Positions 25,402-36,530 of a stretch of DNA of 64,000 nucleotides are shown here, piece after piece (position 1 is the first letter of the stretch; every line of letters begins with the position of its first letter). Both the position numbers and the translations under genes were made by a program. Origin of the DNA: Squalus acanthias. Its lineage: Eukaryota. Below the pieces are notes generated by a model that saw nothing but the letters and a program-made list of their open reading frames with translations, was not told where the DNA came from and searched no databases. Location: positions 186,001-250,000 of the forward strand of contig JASTWF010000354.1 of assembly GCA_030390025.1 (NCBI GenBank). Direction: 5' to 3'.

Positions 25402-25962
25402 GAGTAGCTCTGAGAGAATCTCCCAGAATTCACAATATAAACACAGAAAAAATGTATTCAAATCTTTCCCTACATCAAAGACACACCAAGAGCACAACCA
25501 AGACAATGAGATGTGTCCCTGGGGGTCCAACGTGTCAAAACACCTGCTGGCTGCATATCCTCTGCAGTTGACTTTGGTTCTTGTGTTAGTTTTTTTTTAA
25601 AAGGCTGGAAAGACCGGCCATGATGTCAAGTCACGTTCTGTATCGTGACATGAACCCGATATCGCGATTGAGGCCATCCTCATGAGTGCGGAACTTGGCT
25701 ATCAGTTTCTGCTCTATGATTTTGCGCTGTCGTGTATCCCGAAGGCCGCCTTGGAGAACGCTTACCCGCAGATCCGAGGCTGAATGCCCCTGACTGCTGA
25801 AGTGTTCCCCGACTGGGAGGCAACCCTCCTGCCTGGCGATTGTTGCGCGGTGTCCGTTCATACGTTGTCTCAGTGTCTGCATGGTCTCGCCGATGTACCA
25901 TGCTCTGGGGCATCCTTTACTGCAACGTATCAGGTAGACAACGTTGGCCGAGTATCGTATCG

Positions 25963-27499
25963 TATCGTGTCAGGCAACGGAACCCTGTGTGAGAACCTCT
26001 CTGGGTACGTCGAGGGCATCCTGAAACCCATCGTACAGGGAACCCCCAGCTTCTGTCGCGACACTACAGACTTCTTGCAGAAACTCAGCACCCATGGACC
26101 AGTTGAACCAGGAACACTCCTCCTCACGATGGACGTATCGGCACTCTACACCAATATCCCCCACAATGACGGCATCGCTGCGACAGCCTCAGTACTCAAC
26201 ACCAACAACAGCCAATCTCCGGACGCCATCCTACAACTCATCCGCTTCATCCTTGACCACAATGTCTTCACCTTCGACAACCATTTTTTTACCCAAACAC
26301 ACGGAACAGCCATGGGGACCAAATTCGCACCCCAATACGCCAACATCTTCATGCACAAGTTCGAGCAAGACTTCTTCGCTGCACAGGACCTCCAACCAAC
26401 GCTGTACACCAGATACATCGACGACATCTTCTTCCTTTGGACCCACGGTGAAGGATCACTGAAAGGACTAAACGATAGCATCAACAGGTTCCATCCCACC
26501 ATCAAACTCACCATGGACTACTCCTCAGAATCGGTTTCATTCTTGGACACACGAATTTCCATCAAAGACGGACGCCTCAGCACTTCACTCTACCGCAAGC
26601 TCACGGACAACCTCACGATGCTCCACTTCTCCAGCTTCCACCCTAACCACGTTAAAGAAGCCATCCCCTATGGACAAGCCCTGCGAATACACAGGATCTG
26701 CTCAGACGAGGAGGAACGTGATGGACACCTACGGACACTGAAAGACGCCCTCGTAAGAACGGGATATGACACTCGACTCGTCGATCGACAGTTCTGACGG
26801 GCCACAGCGAAAAACCGCATAGACCTCCTCAGAAGACGAACACGGGACACAACCAACAGAGTACCCTACGTCGTCCAGTACTTCCCCGGAGTGGAAAAAC
26901 TACGCCATGTTCTTCGCAGCCTTCAACATGTCATCGATGACGACGAACACCTTGCTAAGGCCATCCCCACGCTTCCACTACTCGCCTTCAAGCAGCCGCC
27001 TAACCTCAAAAGTACCATCGTTCGCAGCAGATTACCCATCTTTCAGGAGAACAGCAACCACGACACCACACAACCCTGCCACGGCAACCTCTGCAAGACA
27101 TGCCAGATCATGGACACAGATACCATCATCACACGTGAGGACACTACCCACCAGGTACATGGTACATACTCATGTGACTCGGCCAACGTTGTCTACCTGA
27201 TACGTTGCAGTAAAGGATGCCCCAGAGCATGGTACATCGGCGAGACCATGCAGACACTGAGACAACGTATGAACGGACACCGCGCAACAATCGCCAGGCA
27301 GGAGGGTTGCCTCCCAGTCGGGGAACACTTCAGCAGTCAGGGGCATTCAGCCTCGGATCTGCGGGTAAGCGTTCTCCAAGGCAGCCTTCGGGATACACGA
27401 CAGCGCAAAATCATAGAGCAGAAACTGATAGCCAAGTTCCGCACTCATGAGGATGGCCTCAATCGCGATATCGGGTTCATGTCACGATACAGAACGTGA
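25963..27499 (+). pseudogene. Penelope RT + GIY-YIG polyprotein, N-terminally truncated, single CGA>TGA stop at 26795
   Basis: IVSGNGT, MDVSALYTNIPH, GTAMGTKFAPQYANIFM, YTRYIDDIF, VSFLD; GIY-YIG at the C-terminus. Both ORFs share a frame and the copy at 1-1066 has CGA at this codon. Confidence 0.93.
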
Positions 27500-27730
27500 C
27501 TTGACATCATGGCCGGTCTTTCCAGCCTTTTTTTAAAAAAAACTAACACAAGAACCAAAGTCAACTGCAGAGGATATGCAGCCAGCAGGTGTTTTGACAC
27601 GTTGGACCCCCTGGGACACATCTCAATGTCTTGGCTGTGCTCTTAGTGTGTCTTTGATGTAGGGAAAGATTTGAATACATTTTTTCTGTGTTTATATTGT
27701 GAATTCTGGGAGATTCTCTCACAGCTACTC

Positions 27731-27766
27731 TACCTGAGGAAGGAGCGACAGCTCCGAAAGCTTGTA
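27731..27766 (+). ncRNA. Predicted minimal hammerhead ribozyme (3' UTR copy)
   Basis: tacCTGAGGAaGGAGCgacaGCTCCGAAAgcttgta, followed by AATAAA. Confidence 0.8.
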
Positions 27767-28304
27767 ATTTTAAATAAATCTGTTGGACTATAACCTGGTG
27801 TTGTGCGACTTCTCATGAATAGATTGAGCGGAGGTTGGATTCTCTCGGAGGTATCGCACAGGCTGAATATACATTTGTGTCTCAGTCACTGAGACTGGTT
27901 TCATTTATTAGCCCCGTTTACACCACACTGACCCCTGACCCCGGCCATCGGCTAATTAGGCTGCGAGGATAAAATAGCAGCTTGGAGTTACTAGAAACGT
28001 TAAACTCTGTGTCTGGAACATTTACAGGAGCAATCTTTCTATCCGGGCTTCCTCCGTGACCAAGGTATTAAAGCGCCATCATTTCTGAATGTCTGATCTG
28101 TAATCTGAGCATGTTAGGACACTGGAGAGAGGAGAGAGCTTTGTTTCTGTGTCTACAAAGAACTTTATCATCCTCCCTCTACAAAACCTGGCAACGGAAT
28201 CTTTTACTGAGAGATTTTGCATCGACTGCTGGAAAGGGAGAGGTTTTGATCTCAGATACTTTGTTGAAAGGAGCTCCTGTAGAATCATGAGAAGGAAAGA
28301 AAGA

Positions 28305-28948
28305 TTGAAAGGACTTGCATTTCTGTAGCGCCTTTCACAAACTCAGGACATCCCAAAGCGCTTCACAGACAATGACGGACTTTTTAAAGTGTAGTCACTG
28401 TTGGAATGTAGGAAATGCGATCGCCATTCTGCGCACAGCAAGCTCCCAAAACTGCAATCTAAAAATGGAAATATAAATGGTTTTAGTGATGTTGGTTGAG
28501 GGATAAATATTGGCCATGAGACCAGGAGAACTCCGCTGCTCTTCTTCGAATAGTGCAGTGGAATCTTTTATGATGAACTGAGAGGGCAGATGAAACCTTG
28601 GTTTAACACTCAGACAGTGCAGCGCTCCCTCAGAACTGCCCCTCCGACAGTGCAGCACTCCCTCAATACTGCCCCTCTGACAGTGCAGCACTCCCTCAGT
28701 ACTGCCCCTCTGACAATGCAGCGCTCCCTCAGTACTGCCCCTCTGACAGTGCAGCGCTCCATCAGTACTGCCCCTCTGACAGAGCAGCACTCCCTCAGTA
28801 CTGCCTCTCTGACAGTGCAGCACTCCCACAGGACTGCACTGAGACTGTCAGCCTGGATTATGGGCTCGAGTCTCTGGAGCGGAACTTGAATCCCATGACC
28901 TTCTGACGCAGAGACGAGAGTGCTGCCCGCTGAGGCATGGCTGAGACA
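28305..28948 (-). mobile_element. Full-length SacSINE1/DeuSINE-like SINE with ~6.5 copies of the 33-bp repeat
   Basis: tRNA-like head at 28830-28948, array at 28613-28830, body and (TTTC)n tail. Confidence 0.88.
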
Positions 28949-30306
28949 CGTATCCAGAGTACGGAGCTAAGATGTGTGAATGGGTTTGAGATACAGATCA
29001 GTCATGATCGAATTGAATGGCGGCTCAGGCTCGACGGGCTGAATGACCTCCTCCTGTTCCGACATCATCCTCCCCACCTGTCACCTCAGACCAATGGGAT
29101 TTGGATAAATATTTGAAAAGATAATGTTTGCCGAGCTATGGGGAAAGAGCGGGAGACAGGGACTAATTGGAGAGCTCTTTCAAAGAGCCAGCACAGGCAC
29201 GATGGGCCGAATGGCCTCCTTCTGTGCTGTGAGATTCTCTGAACAGCTGCAGCAGCTCTGATTAGTTCCTTGTCTTCCAGAATTTCTGCTTTTCCAGGTT
29301 ATTAAAGAGACCCGTCCTACACCAATCCCATCCTCTGGGCTGCTGGGAATCACTGAGCATTCCTAATAACAGGATCCCAACTCAATGCATGTCACAGGAA
29401 GTCGAAGGTTTCAGACAATCACCTGCCACTGGACAACTGACCAATCGGGTTCAATTCCCCAACACGGGTTTATTATAAATAAATCATTGCTCAAACATCA
29501 GGAGTGGGGAATGTTCTCCATGGGTGAAGATAATGTTCCCGGAAGGAAAACTGTGCGTCTGTCGCTCAATCAGACACTTATTTCCATTTACAAGCGCACT
29601 CTGCTCAACTCTGGTCCTCGTTCTGAATTCCTATTGATTTGTGTTTAAGTGGGAATTGGTTTTCAGCTTTTAATCTTCAAATGAACCTTCCCTCTCACAC
29701 ATGCTGAGGAGGCAATAATGTTCTGTGACTAATTGAGAAATGGATTGCCTTCTTTCTCGCTCCACATTGCCCAGGATTTATATTGTGGAACAGTTGCCAA
29801 TCGTTCTGGTGTTAAGGAACCTGGCTGAGGTTTGGATCTGGTTATCGTGCAGTGTTCGACCCAGACTTCAATAGTCTTTTGTGTGTCAGCCGTGGCTCAG
29901 TGGTTGCACACGAGCCCCTTTCACCACCTCAGGACGTCCCAAAGAGCTTTACAGACAATGAAGTACTTCTGAAGTAACGAGGAAATAATTGCAGGGCTGT
30001 GGGGAAAGAGCAGGGAGTGGGACTAATTGGAGAGCTCTTTCAAAGAGCCGGCACAGGCACGATGGGCCGAATGGCCTCCTCCTGTGCTGTCTGATTCTCT
30101 GATGTTTATCCAGACCTTTAAAAACTTGTATCAGATCATCTCTCAGTCTGATTCTCTCCAGTGAAAGTAAATTCTTCCCAATTTAAAATATCTCCTCTCA
30201 GTAGATTTTATTAATGAATCAATTTTATGATAAATTTAATAAGAATAAAATGTGGGCAAATTTCACCGGGTGTCACGTTTAAAGAGCAGGAATAGAGATA
30301 AATGAT

Positions 30307-30613
30307 ACTGGGGGAGAAGGAGCTGCTCATTGTCTGTCTCTGTCTCTCACTGGGGGTGAGGAGCTGCTCATTGTCTGTCTCTGTCTCTCACTGGGGTGAG
30401 GAGCTGCTCATTGTCTGTCTCTGTCTCTCACTGGGGGAGAAGGAGCTGCTCATTGTCTGTCTCTGTCTCTCACTGGGGGTGAGGAGCTGCTCATTGTCTG
30501 TCTCTGTCTCTCACTGGGGTGAGGAGCTGCTCATTGTCTGTCTCTGTCTCTCACTGGGGGAGAAGGAGCTGCTCATTGTCTGTCTCTGTCTCTCACTGGG
30601 GGAGAATGAGCTG
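30307..30613. repeat. 40-42 bp minisatellite (~7.5 units) with a 123-bp three-unit period
   Basis: gagctgctcattgtctgtctctgtctctcactgggg followed cyclically by gagaag / gtgag / tgag. Confidence 0.9.
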
Positions 30614-30821
30614 CATTATTCATTGATGCCTGAGTCATGCTGAGATTCACATTGAAACTGATTCAGATCTTTTACAAAGCATTGATAATACTACGGCAAT
30701 AGAATGAATGCTTCATTCAATATCATTTAAATAATGAATAATCGGCCTGATATTGAGCCCCAGGACTAAACAAAGAGGAAAGAATTAATCAGAACGGAAA
30801 TGCAACTCAGCAACCAGGTTA

Positions 30822-33428
30822 GAATCAGAGAATCAGACAGCACAGGAGGAGGCCATTCGGCCCATCGTGCCTGTCCCAGCTCTTTGAAAGAGCTCTCCGA
30901 TTAATCCCACTCCCCTGCACTTTCTCCATATCATGAATAATTTCCTTTTCAAGTAATTATCCAATTCCCTTTTGAAAGTTATTATTGAATCTGCTTCCAC
31001 CGCCCTTTCAGGCAGCGCATTCCAGATCACAACAACTCGCTGTAAAAACATTCTCCTCATCTCCCCTTTGGTTCTTTTGCCAATTACATTAAATCTGTGT
31101 CCTCTGGTTACCGACCCTCTTGCCATTTGAAACACGAAAGGAAAAGCTGCCCAACCATGGCTAACAAAAGAAACTAAGGATAGTATTAGATCCAAAGAAG
31201 AGTCAAATAAAGTTGCCAGAAAAAGTAGCAAGCCTGAGGATTGGGAGCAGTTTAGAGTTCAGCAAAAAAGGACCAAGAGATTGATTAAGGGGGGAAAAAT
31301 AGTGTATGAGAGTAAACTTGCAAGGAACATAAAAACAGATTGTAAAAGCTTCTACACGTATGTAAAAAGAAAAAGATTAGTGTAGACAAATGTCGGTCCC
31401 TTACAGTCAGAAACGGGAGAATTTATAATGGGGAACAAGGAAACGAAAGAGCAATTAATCAAATACTTTGGTTCTGTCTTCACAGAAGAGGACACAAATA
31501 ACTTCCCAGAAATGCTAGGGAACCAAGGGTCTAGTGAGCAGGAGGAATTAAAGGAAATTAGTATTAGTAAAAAAATAGTGCTGGAGAAATTAATGGGACT
31601 GAAAGCCGATAAATCCCCAGAGCCTGATAATCTGCATCCCAATGCACTAAAAGAGGTAGCCAAGGAAATAGTGGATGCATTGGCTGTCATTTTCCAAAAT
31701 TCTTTAGATTATGGAACAGTCCCTGCAGATTGGAGGGTGGCAAATGTAACTCCGCTGTTTAAAAAAGGAGGGAGTGACAAAACAGGGAACTGCAGACCGG
31801 TTAGCCTAATATCAGTGGTAGGGAAAATGCTGGAGTCTATTATAAAGGATGTGATAACAGGACACTTAGAAAATACCAGCGGGATTAGACAAAGTCAACA
31901 TGGATTTATGAAAAGGAAATTGTGTTTGATAAACCTACTGGAGTTTTTTAAGGATGTAACTGGTAGAATAGATAAGGGAGAACCAGTGGATGTGGTGTAT
32001 TTGGATTTTCAGAAGGCCTTTGATAAAGTCCCACATAAGAGGTTAGTGTGCAAAATTAAAGCACATGGGATTGGGGGTAATATACTGGCATGGATTGAAA
32101 ATTGATTAACAGACAGGAAACAGAGAGTAGGAATAAATGGGTCTTTTTCGGGGTGGCAGGCAATGACTAGTGGGGTACTGCAGGGGTCAGGGCTTGGGCC
32201 TCAGCTATTCACAATATACATCAATGATCTGGATGAGGGAACCAAATGTAATATTTCCAAGTTTGCTGATGACACAAAACTAGGTGGGATTGTGAGTTGT
32301 GAGGAGGATGCAAAGAGGCTTCAAGGCGATTTAGACAAGTTGAGTAAGTGGGCAAATACATGGCAGATGCAGTATAACGTGGATAAATGTGAAGTTATCC
32401 ACTTCGATAGGAAAAACAGAAAGGCAGAGTATTATTTAAATGGTGATAGATTGGGAAATGTTGATGTACAGAGGGATCTGGGTGTCCTTGTACAGCAGTC
32501 ACTGAAAGCAAACATGCAGGTGCAGCAAGCAGTTAGGAAGGCAAATGGTATGTTGGCCTTCATTGCAAGAGGATTTGAGTACAGGAGCAAGGATGTCTTA
32601 CTACAGTTACACAGGGCCTTGGTGAGACCACACCTGGAGTACTGTGTGCAGTTTTGGTCTCCTTACCTAAGAAAGGATATACTTGCCATAGAGGGAGTGC
32701 AGCGAAGGTTCACCAGACTGGTTCCTGGGATGGCAGGACTGTCGTATGAGGAGAGATTGGGTCGACTAGGCCTGTATTCACTAGAGTTTAGAAGAATGAG
32801 AGGGGATCTCATTGAAACATATAAAATTCTGACTGGGCTAGACAGATTGGATGCAGGGAGGATGTTTCCCCTGGCTGGGGGTCTAGAACGAGGGGTCACA
32901 GTCTCAGGATACGAGGTAGGACATTTAGGACTGAGATGAGGAGAAATTTCTTCACTCAGAGGATGGTGAACCTGTGGAATTCTCTACCACAGAAGGCTGT
33001 GGAGGCCAAGTCACTGAATATATTTAAGAAGGAGTTAAATAGATTTCTAGACACAAAAGGCATCAAGGGGTATGGGGAGAGAGCGGGAATATGGTATTAA
33101 GATAGAGGATCAGCCGTGACCATACTGAATGGCAGAGCAGGCTCGAAGGGCCGAATGGCCGACTCCTGCTCCTATTTTTCTATGTTTCTCCTTATTTACT
33201 CGATCAAGACCCTTCATGATTTTGAACGCCTCTATTAAATCTCCCCTTAACCTTCTCTGCTCTAAGGAGAACAATCCCAGCTTCTCCAGTCTCTCCACAA
33301 AACTGAAGTCCCTCATCCCTGGAACCATTCTAGTAAATATCCTCTGCACCCTCTCCAAGGCCTTGACACTCTTCCGAAAGTCTGGTGCCCAGAATTGGAC
33401 ACAATACTCCAGCTGGGGTCTAACCAGG
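30822..33428. mobile_element. Minus-strand CR1 3' fragment (30822-31133 and 33184-33428) split by a 2-kb plus-strand CR1 ORF2/3' UTR (31134-33186)
   Basis: The flanks rejoin as ...gccatttgaaaca|gtttctccttatttact...; insert ORFs 31428..32105 and 32163..32939 encode RT. Confidence 0.9.
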
Positions 33429-33594
33429 TTCCCCTGTTCCAGGCCTGTGATTGGAGAGTTTGAATCCAGAAGGCTATTTTTTCAATAGTCATTTTCTAAA
33501 GTGAGGCTTAAAGTTCAAAATCCTTGCACTTGTCTTGGAATTTAAAAAGATAATTCAAATAATAAGAGTTTGAAATTATACAGCGCCTCTCACA

Positions 33595-34140
33595 GCCTCA
33601 GGATGGTGTGTGACCCGGGGGGAACTTGGAGCTGGTGATGTTCCCATGCAGCTGCTGCCCTTGTCCTTCTAGGTGGTGGACATGGCGGGTTTGGGAGGTG
33701 CTGGGGAAGAAGCCTTGGCGAGTTGCTGCAGGACATCCTGTGGATGGTCCACACTGCAGACACGGTGCGCCGGGGGAGGAGGGAGTGGGTTTGGGAGGTG
33801 CTGGGGAAGAGGTCTTGGCGAGTTGCTGCAGGACATCCTGTGGATGGTCCACACTGCAGACACGGTGCGCCGGGGGAGGAGGGAGTGGGTTTGGGAGGTG
33901 CTGGGGAAGAGGTCTTGGCGAGTTGCTGCAGGACATCCTGTGGATGGTCCACACTGCAGACACGGTGCGCCGGGGGAGGAGGGAGTGGGTTTGGGAGGTT
34001 CTGGGGAAGAAGCCTTGGCGAGTTGCTGCAGGACATCCTGTGGATTGTCCACACTGCAGACACGGTGCGCCGGGGGAGGAGGGAGTGGGTGTTTAAGGTG
34101 GTGGATGGGGTGTCGATCACACGGGCTGCTTTGTCCTGGG
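33595..34140 (-). mobile_element. Non-LTR retroelement 3' coding fragment with a 100-bp tandem repeat (4 copies, 33686-34090)
   Basis: agttgctgca at 33721, 33821, 33921 and 34021; encodes LINE-like HSLLPRRTVSAVWTIHRMSC. Confidence 0.7.
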
Positions 34141-34909
34141 GAAGAGATGGTTCATCTTGTGAACACGTGTAAACTCACTCCTTTAGAGCTGGATCCACCT
34201 TTTGGGCTTTGACTGATGACTGAGTCCCGTCAAACATTCCCGAACCTCACTCAACATTCCCCACAGTCAGTAATGTGGCTTCCCAGAGAATCCCATTCCC
34301 ATCCTCCTGTGAGAGTGTTTGTCCTCCAGCTCAGTTTTGACAGAGAGAATCCATTAGCGGAGATAAAGGGTGAAGGTTGAAAGCCGAGCCTCCGTTGTGC
34401 GGTGATTTGCTGAATCTTATACTGGAGCTGATTGCGAGCTGATCTCTCTCGGTGAGGCAGGGCCGTGGTTCTTGATCGAAAATACGGACAGCTTGTGATC
34501 ACAACACAAATCTGTCAGAGCGCACTCTGTCAACTCATCACTGGGAAGCCTTTTAAATGGAAGTGAAGATGGGCCTTCTCACTGTTTGAGACACGAACCA
34601 TATAGACAGCAAGTGGTTGTTGGGGCAGCTCAGAAACCTCCCAGACTTGTTGTACAAAACTGTGGTACCCGGGCAGGAATCTCACTGCAGAAACTCCCTG
34701 TCAAACTGTGTGGGATTTGTCGAGTGATCTCAGCCTCACTTCACTTGTCCAACCTGTCGTTCCATCGGAATCGCTCCTGATTAAGAAAAACACAACCTTA
34801 AAGGTAATCCCAGTAAAACCCTGTGTGGTGTCTGACCCTGAGCTCACAGTCCAACTCCACATCTGCTCCATTGTTGGACTGGCTCAAAGGCCATGAGAAC
34901 GGTCACTCC

Positions 34910-35912
34910 AGTCTCTCCAGCCCATAATCCAGGCCAACACTCCCAGTGCAATACTGAAGGAGCGCTGCACTGTCAGAGGGGAATTACTGAGGGAGTGCTG
35001 CACTGTCAGAGGAGCAGTACTGAGGGAGTGCTGCACTGTCGGAGGGGCAGTACTGAGGGAGCGCTGCACTGTCGGAGGGGCAGTACTGAGGGGATGCTGT
35101 ACTGTCAGAACGGCAGTAAGGAGGGAGTATTGCACTGTCGGAGGGGCAGTACTGAGTGAGCGCAGCTCTGTCGGAGGGGCAGTACTTCAGGCGGGGCTGC
35201 ACTGTCGGACGGGCAGTACTGAGGGAGCGCTGTAATTTCAGAGTGTCAGTACAGAGGGAGCGCTGCACTGTCGGAGGGTCAGTACTGAGGGAGTGCTGCA
35301 CTGTCGGAGGGTCAGTACTGAGGGAGTGCTGCACTGTCGGAGGGTCAGTACTGAGGGAGCGCAGCACTGTCGGAGGGGCAGTACTGAGGGATGCTGCACT
35401 GTCGGAGGGGCAGTACTGAGGGAGCGCTGCACTGTCAGAGGGGCAGTACTGAGGGATGCTGCACTGTCGGAGGGGCAGTACTGAGGGAGCGCAGCACTGT
35501 TGGAGGGGCAGTACTGAGGGACTGTTGCACTGCCGGAGCGGCAGTACTGAGGGAGTGCTGCACTTTCAGAGTGGCTACACTGCGGGAGCGCTGCACTGTC
35601 GGAGGGGCCGCTTTTTGGATGAGACCATAAACCGATATCTCGTATGCCCTCTCGGGTGGCAATGAATGATCCCATGGAACTATTTCAAAGTAGAGCAGGG
35701 GATTCTCCCTGCTGTCCTGGCCATTATTTATCCTTCAACCAGAACCACTAAAGCAGATTATCTGCTCATTATCTCATTAATGTTTATAGGACATTGCTTT
35801 ATGCCAATTGGCTGCCGCCTTTCCTAAATGACAACAGTAATTACACTTCCTAAATAAGTCATTGGGTTGAATGCACATCGGGACGTGCTGAGGTTGTAAA
35901 AGATGCGATATA
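34910..35912 (+). mobile_element. SacSINE1-like SINE with ~20 copies of the 33-bp repeat (some 31-bp units)
   Basis: cataatccaggccaacactcccagtgc, array 34945-35607, then SINE body. Confidence 0.88.
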
Positions 35913-36530
35913 TTCTCCAGGTATAACATCACCATATTCCCCAGGTATAACATCACCATATTCCCCAGGTATATCATCACCATATTCCCGAGGTATCACA
36001 TCATCATATTCCCCAGTTGTAACATCACCATATTCCCCAGGTATAACATCACCATATTGCCCATGTATAACATCACCATATTCCCCAGGAATAACATCAC
36101 CATATTCCCCAGGTACAACATCACCATATTTCGCATGTATAACATCACCATATTCCCCAGGTATAACATCACCATATTCCCCAGGTATAACATCACCATA
36201 TTCCCCAGAAATAGCATCACCAAATTCCCCAGGAATAACATCACCATATTTCCCAGGTATAACATCACCATATTCCCCAGGAATAACATCACCATATTCC
36301 CCAGGTATAACATCACCATATTCCCCAGGAATAACATCACCATATTCCCCAGGTATAACATTACCATATTCACCAGGTAGAACATCACCATATTCCCCAG
36401 GAATAACATCCCATATTCCCCAGGTATAACATCCCATATTCCCCAGGTATAGCATCACCATATTTCCCAGGTGTAACCTCACCATATTCCCCAGGTAGAA
36501 CATCACCATATTCCCCAGGTAGAACATCAC

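Larger units (their letters stand above)
25278..27816 (+). mobile_element. Penelope-like element family A with an inverted 5' pseudo-LTR (25278-25953, minus) and a 5'-truncated body (25963-27816, plus)
   Basis: 25316-25953 is the reverse complement of 27177-27816 with only a handful of mismatches; possible TSD catgaata(c/g)att at 25263 and 27814. Confidence 0.95.

Noticed and set aside
25784..25962. N-terminal extension of the 337-aa RT ORF
   Set aside because: Antisense read-through of the inverted pseudo-LTR, not genuine RT sequence.
26795..26797. In-frame TGA in the Penelope ORF as a selenocysteine codon (as reported for Naiad Penelope-like elements)
   Set aside because: The paralogous copy at ~1022-1024(-) has CGA (Arg), not Cys, so a CpG transition explains it.
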